Assembly (NCBI GenBank): GCA_963702845.1
Contig: OY969763.1
Coordinates: 1,632,001-1,696,000, forward strand
Length of the DNA: 64,000 nucleotides
DNA from: an uncultured Verrucomicrobiae bacterium
Lineage (GTDB): Bacteria > Verrucomicrobiota > Verrucomicrobiia > Limisphaerales > Palsa-1400
Reading direction: 5' to 3'
The notes under the pieces are model-generated. The model was given only the letters and a program-made list of their open reading frames with translations, was not told the DNA's origin and did not search any database. Both the position numbers and the translations under genes were made by a program. This document shows, piece by piece, positions 1 through 9,804 of this stretch. Position 1 is the first letter of the stretch; each line of letters begins with the position of its first letter.

Positions 1-762
1 ATGTCTCGCTGATTTTGCCCGAAACGTCCGATGTCGATGCGGCATTGGAGGCTGCTATTCCGATCGCCTGCGGGTTAAAAGAGCGCATTCGAAACGAACG
101 CAACCTTTCCGCCACTGTTGGCATCGGTTCAAATAAGTTGCTGGCGAAGATTGCGAGTGACTTCAAGAAGCCGGATGGACTGACGCTCATACCCGAGCGA
201 GATAAGGCCGCATTCTTGCGGCCGATTTCAGTTCGAGCGATTCCAGGAGTCGGCCGCGTCACCGAAGAGATTCTTAATGGTGTAAACATTAGAACGATCG
301 CCGACGTGCAGGATTACGCTGGCGATTTGCGTGCCTTGGTGGGCTCGTACGGGCCCGTCCTGAAAAAAGGCCGCGTTCGGAGAAGATGAACGCATTTTAG
401 ACCTGGGTGATGAGATCAAGAGCGTCAGTAGCGAGGAAACGTTTGGCCGCGACACGGACGATCGCCGCATCCTAAGGCAATCGTTGCGGGCGCAAGCGGA
501 AGATGTCGCGACACGACTAAAGAAAAGGCATCTTGGCGCACGCACGGTGCAGGTCAAAATTCGCTATGGCGACTTCACTACATTGACCCGTCAATTCTCT
601 GTGGAAGAGCCGATCAGCGAGCCGGGCGACATCTATCGATTGGGTTGCTTTTTGCTCGCGCGAGAGCGGTTGGTCAATCGTCCACTGCGCTTGATTGGAT
701 TAGGCGTGAGCGGATTGACTGAATCTGTTAATACGCAACTGACGTTAAAAGAAATGTTATGA
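1..762 (+). pseudogene. dinB: DNA polymerase IV (DinB), 5'-truncated by the window, with an apparent 1-nt insertion frameshift at the A6 run 363-368
   Basis: ORF 15-389 has the Y-family motif GIGSNKLLAKIASDFKKPDG; the downstream frame continues AAFGEDER...KSVSSEETF...TVQVKIRYGDFTTLTR...RLIGLGVS (little-finger domain). Could be a sequencing error. Confidence 0.85.
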
Positions 763-1343
763 GCGAATCGTATTGGGAAGAACGTTACCGAACAGCCGAT
801 ATGCCATGGGAAAAGGGCGAGCCCTCACCCGGGTTGGTCGATTTCATTACGCAACATCCTGAACTGAAACGCGGGAGCGTTTTGGTTCCCGGTTGTGGGA
901 CGGGTCATGACGTTCGGGTTTGGGCGAAAGGCGGATTTGCTGCGACCGGCATGGACCTCGCGCCGAGCGCAATTGATTTAGCGCGCGAAAAAACCTCCGC
1001 TGCTCATTTGAGCGCGGAGTTCGTCCAACGTGATTTCCTGCGAGATCAACCGGATCAATTGTTTGATTGGTTGTTCGAACACACGTTGTTTTGTGCAATC
1101 CAGTTAATCGATAGGGATCTTTACGTTGAAGCGGTGCGGCGCTGGCTGAAGCCTGGTGGAAATTATTTGGCGGTATTTTACATGATCGATGAGGAGGATG
1201 GACCTCCGTTCGGGACGAAACGTGAGGAATTGGTGAAACGGTTTTCACCACACTTTAACTTGCTGAAGGACTGGGTTCCACGGTCGTATCCCAATCGCAC
1301 GGGGCTGGAACTGATGATGTGGTGGCAAAAGAAACAACCGTAA
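759..1343 (+). CDS. Thiopurine S-methyltransferase-like SAM methyltransferase
   Basis: YWEERY...PWE, VLVPGCGTGHD, FEHTLFCAI, GPPF motifs. Confidence 0.85.
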   Translation: MSESYWEERYRTADMPWEKGEPSPGLVDFITQHPELKRGSVLVPGCGTGHDVRVWAKGGFAATGMDLAPSAIDLAREKTSAAHLSAEFVQRDFLRDQPDQLFDWLFEHTLFCAIQLIDRDLYVEAVRRWLKPGGNYLAVFYMIDEEDGPPFGTKREELVKRFSPHFNLLKDWVPRSYPNRTGLELMMWWQKKQP

Positions 1344-1353
1344 TCGCAGTCGA

Positions 1354-2250
1354 TCAATCGAGGCGGACAGGTTTGAGTCGGGCAACACGAATGTCGGATT
1401 TGCGGTGGCGATAGACCGCAATCGCGGCGACCACCATCACAACGCTGATGAGTTGCGATAACGTAAGGCCTGCATAGGCCGCTGGATTATCGGCGCGGAA
1501 AAATTCCAGGCAAAAGCGAATCACGCCGTATCCAAGTACGAATTGCCAAATGATTTCGCCTTCCCATTCACGTCGTTTGAATGCGCGGTGCAAATACACG
1601 CACAGCAGTAACGCAAAAGCTGTTTCGTAAAGCTGCACCGGATGAACCGGCAGCGACTGCGTAGCGTCTTTTGGAATCAGTCCGAGTTCACGCTGTTGTT
1701 CGGCTGCGCTGGCTTCTGCAGGAAAGCGCACCGCGAATGGATATGTGCCCGGCGACAACAATGCAAATGTGCGCACTTGCCGAAGCGCGCCAGGATCATG
1801 AATTGCCGATGCCTGCGCGTCGTTGATGCAAACGTCGCCCCAGCAACACCCAGCCATAAAGCACCCGATGCGGCCAATCGCCAATCCCAGCGCGAGCCCG
1901 GGTGCGCACGCGTCCGCGAGCGTGCCTAAAGATAAACATGTGCAGGCGGCGTAGGCGATCAGGGCGAGCACGCCAAAAATCATTCCGCCATAAAACACCA
2001 TGCCACCACTGGCAGTAGTCAGCGCGCTCCAAAGACTGACACCTTCCGGAAATTCGAACCACCAACTGAAGATGCGCGCACCAAACAAACTGCTGATGGC
2101 GATCAGCAAGGTCAGGTTATCGATGTGCGCGCCCTCGATACCGGTGCGAACGGCACGCCAGCGGCTGATTACATATCCTCCAATGAGCGCAAGAAGAAGG
2201 AACGCGGAGTACGACGCAATGTGTGGCTCCGATATAAGAACTTTGTGCAT
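1354..2250 (-). CDS. lgt: Prolipoprotein diacylglyceryl transferase family protein
   Basis: GGMVFYGG, GRIGCFMAGCCWG, HPVQLYE, RFCLEFFR motifs; multiple TM helices. Confidence 0.85.
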   Translation of the reverse strand: MHKVLISEPHIASYSAFLLLALIGGYVISRWRAVRTGIEGAHIDNLTLLIAISSLFGARIFSWWFEFPEGVSLWSALTTASGGMVFYGGMIFGVLALIAYAACTCLSLGTLADACAPGLALGLAIGRIGCFMAGCCWGDVCINDAQASAIHDPGALRQVRTFALLSPGTYPFAVRFPAEASAAEQQRELGLIPKDATQSLPVHPVQLYETAFALLLCVYLHRAFKRREWEGEIIWQFVLGYGVIRFCLEFFRADNPAAYAGLTLSQLISVVMVVAAIAVYRHRKSDIRVARLKPVRLD

Positions 2251-2279
2251 ACCCGATTGCGAATATTACTTAGGAGGAA

Positions 2280-2312
2280 GAAGAAGAGTAGGTAGGGAAT
2301 CTGCTCTTCTTC
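2280..2312. other. Hairpin between the small peptide gene and lgt (possible terminator or attenuator)
   Basis: gaagaagagtaggt ... atctgctcttcttc imperfect inverted repeat. Confidence 0.4.
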
Positions 2313-2342
2313 GCACCGGTCGTTTGGCTAATCAGTTGTCGA

Positions 2343-2510
2343 TCACGACGGCGTTTTTGCTTTGCATTCGCAGCTATCGGAATGCGGCACCAGTTGCGGA
2401 GCCGCTGCCTTAGCTTTGCATTCGCACGTATCTGCGCGAGGCGTGAAGCCAGGCGAGAGGACTCCCAGTGCGATCGCCGCACCGGCCAGTAGTTTTATTA
2501 TTGTGATCAT
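2343..2510 (-). CDS. 55-aa putative secreted peptide with duplicated D[T/S]CECKAK motif (not in ORF track)
   Basis: Manual translation MITIIKLLAGAAIALGVLSPGFTPRADTCECKAKAAAPQLVPHSDSCECKAKTPS; signal-peptide-like N-terminus. Confidence 0.65.
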   Translation of the reverse strand: MITIIKLLAGAAIALGVLSPGFTPRADTCECKAKAAAPQLVPHSDSCECKAKTPS

Positions 2511-2862
2511 ACCCAATCCGAGGACTCAGTGTGGACGGTCGCCGTACTCCGACAACCTATCCACCACCTGCAGTCGTCCGCGCTGCGGCTACTTTAAAAT
2601 AACTTGTCAATCGCATGACGCAATGGATGGCGACGCTTGATGATTAATTAGGGCTTTCGCTGAGAGAGCAATACGCGATGAGCTTTTGGCAACTTACGTG
2701 TAGTCAATGCTCGTAGAAGCGACGGTAGATCATAAGGCCCCGGAAAGTGTCGGGCCTCCAAGGGCGACCCTTTCGAGACCGGTGAGAAATGCGTTATGGA
2801 TGTCTGTACCCAATTGGATCAGAAAAAGCCCCCAAACGACGCGGAGCAAAGCAACACGCAGA

Positions 2863-4947
2863 TCAGTGGGCGGCGTGTGCTTCTGCTTTCTTCTTCTTCA
2901 CATCTTCGATGACTTTCGTTTCCATGTCTCGCGGCATCTCTTCGTAATGATCGAAACTCTCCGTGTGAATTCCGCGGCCGCCCGTCAGTGAGCGCAAGTT
3001 GCTCGAGTATCTGTGCAACTCACGCGCCGGGACCTGCGCTTTGATGACTTGGAATTGTCCTTCGACTTCGATGCCGACGATTCGACCCCGGCGGCTCGAA
3101 ATGTCGCCCATGACTTTGCCCAGGCAATCTTCGGGGATGTGCACTTCGATATTATGAATCGGTTCGAGCAGGCAAGGCTTCGCTTTCAGGAACGCCTCTT
3201 TGAATGCAAAGTAACCGGCGATTTGGAACGCAATGTCCTTTGAATCGACCGGGTGCATTTTGCCGTCGTAGAAATCAATCTTTACATCCATGACGCGGTA
3301 GCCCGCGAGGATACCTTCTTTACACGCTTGATTAACGCCGTCTTCGACCGATGGGACGAACACGCGATCAACGTTTTGCCCGCTGAGCGATTCCGTAAAT
3401 TCCACACCGGTCTCACGCGGCAAAGGTTCAATTTTCATCCAGACTTCCGCGAATTGACCTGCACCACCGGTTTGCTTCTTGTGACGGTATTTGGAATCGC
3501 TGCTCGTGCGAATTGTTTCGCGGAATGGAATGCGCGGTTCGCCAAGCTCGACGTGTGTGTTGAAACGGCGGCGCAGCCGATCAACGATCACTTCGAGGTG
3601 CAACTCGCCTTGCGCAGAAATGATTGTCTGGTGTAGTTCGGAATCTACCCGGTGAACAAACGTCGGATCTTCTTCGTGCAACGCAGCTAGTCCGGCCGCG
3701 ACTTTGTCTTCTTCTCCTTTGACGGCGATATTCAGGGACGCGTGGATGGTCGGTTTCGGGTAAGTGACTTTCGCGAGTCTCACCGGACGTGAGGGGGAAC
3801 AGAGTGTATTCCCGGTGTGGGTGTCTTTAAGTTTTACAACAGCTCCGATCTCCCCGGGGCCAAGCTCAGGGATGGGTTTGCGATCGTGCCCGTTCAGGAC
3901 GTAAATCTGGCCGACGCGTTCGGTAATGCTGCGGTCGCTGTTATATAGCTCCGAGCCGCTCTTCACAGTGCCGGAGTAGACGCGGAAAAAGGAAAGTTCA
4001 CCGAAATGCGCTTCGGCCATTGTTTTGAAAACAAATGCCGATGTCTCTGGATCGGTAAGGCGAACTTCGGTGGGTTGTCCATTTGCGTCGAGGGCTGCGT
4101 AACGTTTTCGATCGACCGGAGAAGAACCATATTTGGCGATGAAGTCCATCAGTCGGGCGACGCCGACATTTGTTTCGGCGGAGGTGCAGAACAGCGGAAT
4201 GAAGTGCTGCTTCTGCACCGCTTCGTGTATGCCCGCCCGGAACTCCTCTTCCGACAAGCCGCCCTGGTCGAAATATTTCGACAACAACGTGTCATCGGAC
4301 TCGGCTATGTGCTCGATCATCTCGGTGTGGAGTTGTTTGACTTTGGCTTCCCAGAAACCGGTCGCCGGAACTTCTTTGTATTGGCCGCGACCACCTTCGT
4401 AGGTGCAGATATCATTGCGTAAAACGTCGAGGATCTGGTTGAAACCCGTTCCCGGGTTGATCGGGACGTTCATTGGAAATACGCCCGCGCCGTAACTTTT
4501 TCGGATTTCATCGAGAATTTCGTCAAAGTGCGTGTTCGGTTTATCAAATTCATTCATCACAAGGATTTTAGGGATGTTCAATTCAGTGGCGTAGTTCCAG
4601 ACGCGTTGCGTGCCCACGCCCACGCCATGCTGCGCGTTGACCACGACAACGGCGAAATCCGAAACGCGCAGAGCGCTGAAGGCTTCGCTGATGAAATCCA
4701 CGTAACCGGGAGTGTCGAGAATGTTGAACCGTTTGCCTTGCCATTCGGCGCGGAGCAATGATGCGTGAATAGAAATCTGCCGCTGCTGTTCGCTGGCGTG
4801 ATAGTCGGACACGGTCGTGCCGTGGGCAATTTTCCCCATTCGATTAATGGCACCGCTGCACGCGAGCATAGCTTCGCTCAACATGGTTTTGCCACTCGAG
4901 GCATGGCCGACAATGGAAAAATTACGGATGTCTGCTGGTGTTTGCAT
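2863..4947 (-). CDS. fusA: Elongation factor G-like protein (EF-G paralog)
   Basis: IRNFSIVGHASSGKT, DTPGY, GELHLE, KKQTGGAGQFA; not in an rpsL-rpsG-fusA-tuf context, so likely a paralog. Confidence 0.9.
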   Translation of the reverse strand: MQTPADIRNFSIVGHASSGKTMLSEAMLACSGAINRMGKIAHGTTVSDYHASEQQRQISIHASLLRAEWQGKRFNILDTPGYVDFISEAFSALRVSDFAVVVVNAQHGVGVGTQRVWNYATELNIPKILVMNEFDKPNTHFDEILDEIRKSYGAGVFPMNVPINPGTGFNQILDVLRNDICTYEGGRGQYKEVPATGFWEAKVKQLHTEMIEHIAESDDTLLSKYFDQGGLSEEEFRAGIHEAVQKQHFIPLFCTSAETNVGVARLMDFIAKYGSSPVDRKRYAALDANGQPTEVRLTDPETSAFVFKTMAEAHFGELSFFRVYSGTVKSGSELYNSDRSITERVGQIYVLNGHDRKPIPELGPGEIGAVVKLKDTHTGNTLCSPSRPVRLAKVTYPKPTIHASLNIAVKGEEDKVAAGLAALHEEDPTFVHRVDSELHQTIISAQGELHLEVIVDRLRRRFNTHVELGEPRIPFRETIRTSSDSKYRHKKQTGGAGQFAEVWMKIEPLPRETGVEFTESLSGQNVDRVFVPSVEDGVNQACKEGILAGYRVMDVKIDFYDGKMHPVDSKDIAFQIAGYFAFKEAFLKAKPCLLEPIHNIEVHIPEDCLGKVMGDISSRRGRIVGIEVEGQFQVIKAQVPARELHRYSSNLRSLTGGRGIHTESFDHYEEMPRDMETKVIEDVKKKKAEAHAAH

Positions 4948-5296
4948 ACGTGTGTAGAAGGTTTGCGCTTTTCATAATTGAAACTCGCTGCGGTCACCGG
5001 TGTGGGGAGGCGCCGGTATACCGCCTGTGAAGAGTTAAACACAGAGTGAATTGATTGCCAATAGGGGGAAGAAGGAAGTTTTGACGTGTGTCAACTATGC
5101 GTCAGGTTGAAGTCTCCCTGCCGTCGATTCTTGCGAATTTGTCAGGGAAGGAACGACCTGCCTAGTCCCGTGGGAAAACGTCACATAAAACTAGTGCGTG
5201 CGATGATGACGGGGATTTACGGGGAATTGCTGACTTGCTGCAAACAGCAATCGCGCGAAGGTTGCGAGCCTGGAGAATGGTTTTTCGGGATTTATT

Positions 5297-5563
5297 ATGA
5301 CCTATACGGAATTTAAAAGGCACGTGGCAAGAATCTCAAGGCAGGAGTTCTTGAGCAGCCAATTCAACCCCCTTCAATACGGCATCGAACGCACCCGTTT
5401 TGAGGAGCGCAAGCTCAGACAATTGATCGCGCTGGCAAAGCGCACGCAGTTCCTGACCGCCCAACGCAAGGTCGCTGGATGGGAACGCAAATTGCAACGC
5501 ATGCAAGAGAAGCGCGCGCGCTTTGAGCAGACGACGCGAGCGGCTGCGGTAGTTAGCGCCTAG
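5297..5563 (+). CDS. Hypothetical basic, coiled-coil-like protein
   Basis: 88-aa ORF with ATG start filling an intergenic gap. Confidence 0.5.
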   Translation: MTYTEFKRHVARISRQEFLSSQFNPLQYGIERTRFEERKLRQLIALAKRTQFLTAQRKVAGWERKLQRMQEKRARFEQTTRAAAVVSA

Positions 5564-5640
5564 CAACACCTTTCCCGCCATCGAAAGACACCTTTGCACG
5601 AATCGAGGCATTCGCGCCTGGTCGTGCGAGGGTCTATAGT

Positions 5641-6783
5641 ATGAACGTGCCAACCAACGGGAACGGGCATGTAACGGTCGAGCAAATGAACGGGCACGAC
5701 CATCGCCCGATTCTTATTACGGGCGGCGCCGGTTTTATCGGCACGAACGTAGCCCACCGATTTTTGCAGTCGGGTCAGCGCGTGATTATTTACGATAACT
5801 TGTCGCGTGATGGGGTGGAACGAAATCTGGCGTGGCTGGAATGTAATTACGGCGACTTGGTTCAGGTAGAAATCGGTGACGTTCGAAATGAGAATGCGTT
5901 ACGCAAGTTGGTGCGTGGTGTGTCAAAAGTGTTCCATTTCGCAGCGCAGGTTGATGTCCCTGCCAGTCTGGAAAACCCAATTGAAGACTTCGAGGTCAAT
6001 GCGCGTGGGACTCTTAATCTACTGGAGGCCATCCGCACACTGCCCGCACCGCCACAATTGATCTACACATCGAGCAACAAGGTTTACGGGGACCTCTCGA
6101 ATGTGAAAACGGTTGATGAAGGCATGCGTTACGCAGCGGTGAATCAGCGTATTCGCTCCTTTGGCTTCAGCGAAGCGCGGCCCTTGAGCTTTCATAGTCC
6201 ATATGACTGTTCGAAAGGGTCGGCTGCCCAATTCGTGCTCGGCTACGCACGCACGTTCCGGATTCCTGCGGTGGTGTTCCACATGAGTTGCATTTATGGA
6301 CCTCACCAGTTCGGCAATGAAGACCAGGGATGGGTTACGCACTTTCTCATTCGTTCCATTTCTGATCTACCGCTGACCATCTACGGCGATGGAAAACAAG
6401 TTCGCGACATTCTGCTTGTTGAAGATCTGGTCGACGCATCCCTGCTCGCGCATCAAAACATGCGTCGACTTTCCGGCCAGGCGTTTAATATCGGCGGCGG
6501 TCCGGCTAACACGATTAGCCCTTTGGAATTGCTAAAATTCATCGAAGAAATTCAGGGCAAGTGTCCCGAGATTCGTTTTGCGGATTGGCGTTTTGACGAC
6601 CAGAAATATTACGTGTCCGACATTCGCAAATTCAGAAAGGCCACGGGTTGGATTCCGAAGACCACCAGTCGCGACGGCATCCGCCAGCTTTACCAATGGC
6701 TGATTGAAAACGCGGTCGCGGTGCCCCGCGTTGAAACAAACGTTGCTCGCCACCGTCATCCCGCAATGGCTCAATCTGTCTGA
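5641..6783 (+). CDS. NAD-dependent epimerase/dehydratase (CDP-paratose 2-epimerase-like)
   Basis: ITGGAGFIG, YxxxK (YDCSK), CIYGPHQFGNEDQGWV. Confidence 0.9.
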   Translation: MNVPTNGNGHVTVEQMNGHDHRPILITGGAGFIGTNVAHRFLQSGQRVIIYDNLSRDGVERNLAWLECNYGDLVQVEIGDVRNENALRKLVRGVSKVFHFAAQVDVPASLENPIEDFEVNARGTLNLLEAIRTLPAPPQLIYTSSNKVYGDLSNVKTVDEGMRYAAVNQRIRSFGFSEARPLSFHSPYDCSKGSAAQFVLGYARTFRIPAVVFHMSCIYGPHQFGNEDQGWVTHFLIRSISDLPLTIYGDGKQVRDILLVEDLVDASLLAHQNMRRLSGQAFNIGGGPANTISPLELLKFIEEIQGKCPEIRFADWRFDDQKYYVSDIRKFRKATGWIPKTTSRDGIRQLYQWLIENAVAVPRVETNVARHRHPAMAQSV

Positions 6784-6851
6784 GACCACTCCGATGCGCT
6801 AGTGTCTAATTTGAGACTCGTCTCAGCAACTCCTACGCATATTGTTTTCCT

Positions 6852-7442
6852 GTGACAACCTTTTACCTCGTGCGTCACGGCACGAACGATTTCATCGGCA
6901 AAGCCATCGCTGGTCGCACGCCGGGCGTCCACTTGAACTCCGCAGGCCGCGAACAAGCCCAGCGCATCGCTGATCGCCTTTGCACCGAGGGTATCCAACG
7001 CATCATTTGCAGCCCTATGGAACGCTGCCGCGAAACAGCCATGCCGCTTTCCTCGCGCATCAACACCCCGATCGAAACGTCCGACGCCGTCATCGAAATC
7101 AACTTTGGCGATTACAACGGCAAACTGTTGAAAGAACTCGAACCTTTGCCCGAGTGGAAAAAGTGGAACACCAACCGCACGCTCATGCATCTTCCCAACG
7201 GCGAAAACATCCATGAAGTGCAGGCTCGCATGATTCGCGAAGTCCTTCGTCTGCGTCATGAATCTGCCGAACAAAAAATTGCGATCTTCAGCCACGGTGA
7301 CCCGCTGCGCTCCATCGTCTGCTATTTCCTCGGCATCTCGCTCGACATCATGTCGCGCGTCGAAATAAATCCCGGTTCTCTCAGCATCGTCACGCTGTTC
7401 GAGAACGATGTCCGAATCAATCTCCTCAACAGCATGCCGTAA
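6852..7442 (+). CDS. Histidine phosphatase family protein
   Basis: LVRHG, SPMERCRETA, SHG motifs; GTG start. Confidence 0.9.
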   Translation: MTTFYLVRHGTNDFIGKAIAGRTPGVHLNSAGREQAQRIADRLCTEGIQRIICSPMERCRETAMPLSSRINTPIETSDAVIEINFGDYNGKLLKELEPLPEWKKWNTNRTLMHLPNGENIHEVQARMIREVLRLRHESAEQKIAIFSHGDPLRSIVCYFLGISLDIMSRVEINPGSLSIVTLFENDVRINLLNSMP

Positions 7443-7468
7443 CGGTCCTCTGCCGGCCCAATCAAGCT

Positions 7469-8524
7469 CTATTGCGTCACCCGATAAAACCTCGTCGCCG
7501 TCCCCACCACGTCGCTGTAAGTTCCCAGTCCCGCCTTCGGCGTCACCACCGCTACATCCGTCCACGAATCCGCAAGATCCTGTTTCCGTTGGATGTGATA
7601 CGAATGGCCCGGTACCGCATTCCACGAAAAACTCACACTCCCGCTGCTCGCTGCATTCAACTGAATGATCGTCGGAGAAACCGTGAAGATCGTGTTCAAC
7701 AAATCTGCCAAGCGATGTCCGCCCTGCGCCAGCCGACTTTCCGCTGTCTGTTGTGCGCTGCTAATATAACTGCTCGAAGGCGTGTCCCCCTGATTTATCC
7801 CAATGTATGCAACCGTCCGCGCGAGATTCCATCCCTCAATTGCCCAGTCCGTCGGATTGGGAAATCCGCCGGGGCCCGCAGTATAAGGATAATCCGCTTC
7901 GATCACTGCCACCTTATTGCTCAACGTCGTTTTGCTGGAGGCACTCAATGGCCGGCCCAACGACGCCCCCACAAATCCACCGCCCGAATCCCATAGCGAA
8001 TGCAAATTACCCCCGTTACCCGTGATTACAAAGCCGTTGCCCCCTCCGTCGCCAGCGCTCGACCCGCCGGAAAGTTCCGTCGCGGCATGCAACGGCTGAT
8101 GGATGTCGCCGACAAAATGGAGCAAGTACCGCAAATAAATCGCCTGATTACTTTGCGTAGTCGACGGACTTGCCAGCTGCTGCACGCACAAATTAATCGC
8201 CTTCACCACATCAAACGAAGCCGGCGAAAATCCATTCGTCGGGGTGCCATCGAAACTGAATGGAATATCGATGTAGTGCCAAATTGCCGTGCCTAAATTC
8301 GCTTTGAAGTCATCTGCCCAACAGGCCGCCGTAATAAAATTCGTCGTGCCCGTATTTGTGTAACTTATCGGCACCGCAATCAACGCATCGCAGTTCGACT
8401 TCACCGAATCCGTCAGGTGACTATAAGCAATCTGCGCGACGACCATATGCCCCTCCGCATTCCAGGCACGAGAGCAGGGGACTAGGGCAAAAGCGGCAAA
8501 GATGACGGCACAAAAGTTTTTCAT
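7469..8524 (-). CDS. Secreted S1/P1 nuclease with C-terminal RFYRV-ending domain
   Basis: Signal peptide, WNAEGH, WADD, HFVGDIHQPLH, NLHSLWD. Confidence 0.9.
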   Translation of the reverse strand: MKNFCAVIFAAFALVPCSRAWNAEGHMVVAQIAYSHLTDSVKSNCDALIAVPISYTNTGTTNFITAACWADDFKANLGTAIWHYIDIPFSFDGTPTNGFSPASFDVVKAINLCVQQLASPSTTQSNQAIYLRYLLHFVGDIHQPLHAATELSGGSSAGDGGGNGFVITGNGGNLHSLWDSGGGFVGASLGRPLSASSKTTLSNKVAVIEADYPYTAGPGGFPNPTDWAIEGWNLARTVAYIGINQGDTPSSSYISSAQQTAESRLAQGGHRLADLLNTIFTVSPTIIQLNAASSGSVSFSWNAVPGHSYHIQRKQDLADSWTDVAVVTPKAGLGTYSDVVGTATRFYRVTQ

Positions 8525-8897
8525 TAATCAACGGGACCACCCAGGACGCAATCCCACTCTTTCTTATAGCAGCCTCCCGCCCTGCAATCAATTGACTAAC
8601 GTCATGTAAATGACAGCCGCCGGTATATCCGCTGGCTGGAAAACCAAGCAAATGTCGTCCTCCGGCACGCCGTGAATCAAAAATATCATCGGAATGTTTC
8701 TACTTCTGGCAACTTTCTTCTACTTCCGGCAATTAGTTGCCAAACGGAGAAAGTTAGTAGAAGGAAATGTTTCTACTTTTATCAAAGATCATCTCCGGTT
8801 TGCACTGCACCGGAAACCGGTAAGGACCGGCGGCTGAAGAGATTATACAGTGAAGCTGCGGCGTGTCAATATTATGTAGCAAACGCGTCACGAAACG

Positions 8898-9653
8898 TTA
8901 TCGCGCTGGTTGCTGGAGCGATTCCGCGAGACTTTCGAGGTTCACGGGCCTGACTTCGATAAGCCCTCGCCGTGGGCTGTCAATGTCCGCAATGAGAAAG
9001 AGGGCTATGGAAAGGACCGTGGGCAGAATCAGCAAAAGATAGGGGCTTCTTCCCTGCGCCGCATAACCCAACATCAGGTTGCAAAACATGGCGATCACCG
9101 CCATTAGAACCCAGGCTTCAGTTGGGACGCGATTCCGCCACGCGGCCTGGGTGTATCCTTGCGAGTTCAAGACATCGTTCATCCCGGATAGAACGAGCGC
9201 TCTGACAGGGTTCGGTTGTGCGATAGCAGGTGCAATGACGGCGGACCACATCTGCGTCTGCAAGGTGGCGGTTTGGACGTCAATATGGTGAAGCACTTTA
9301 CTGTCTCGCGATCCGTAATCGCTTATACGTTTCGCTAGATAGTCCTTCAGCAGTTTGCGAACATTCGCCGCGTCGGCAGCAGGCAACGCGTCCGCACGGA
9401 CATATTCGGTCCCGATGGCATTGGCTTCTTCTTCCTCGTAATTCTTACGTTGATCGTATCTCGCAACAGCCATCGAGAAGGTGAATCCGATGATTAAGCC
9501 CAGTAATGTCAGGGTCCCGCCGAGGAGGAATTTGAAATCTTCGCGGCTTTCGTCTTCCAGCATGCGCATTCTTGTCCTAAGTCGGTAGCCAATCAGTGAG
9601 GAAAGCCAAAAGGCGGCCAGCGCGACCACAAAAATGACAACTGGTTGTTTCAC
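8898..9653 (-). CDS. Membrane protein (DUF4239/bestrophin-like)
   Basis: LLGLIIGFTFSMAVARYDQRK...EEANAIGT, IADIDSPRRGLI. Confidence 0.7.
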   Translation of the reverse strand: MKQPVVIFVVALAAFWLSSLIGYRLRTRMRMLEDESREDFKFLLGGTLTLLGLIIGFTFSMAVARYDQRKNYEEEEANAIGTEYVRADALPAADAANVRKLLKDYLAKRISDYGSRDSKVLHHIDVQTATLQTQMWSAVIAPAIAQPNPVRALVLSGMNDVLNSQGYTQAAWRNRVPTEAWVLMAVIAMFCNLMLGYAAQGRSPYLLLILPTVLSIALFLIADIDSPRRGLIEVRPVNLESLAESLQQPAR

Positions 9654-9804
9654 TGAGTCAACAAGAGTGCGAATAAAACTAGGTCACGGTTTGACGTTTG
9701 GCAAACCGCTCGCCGAACCGGGAGACTGCTGCAAACAGTGCGCAAACAACGGGATTGAAAACGTCCGCTGCTCATATAATAATTACCGTTAATAGCCCCA
9801 ATCA

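Noticed and set aside
362..370. Programmed -1 frameshift at AAAAAAG in dinB
   Set aside because: The heptamer is out of phase and the required shift is +1; an A6 run is short for transcriptional slippage.
2270..2482. ORF-track 70-aa ORF upstream of lgt
   Set aside because: The overlapping frame 2343-2510 has an ATG start, a signal-like N-terminus and a repeated motif, so it is the more credible gene.
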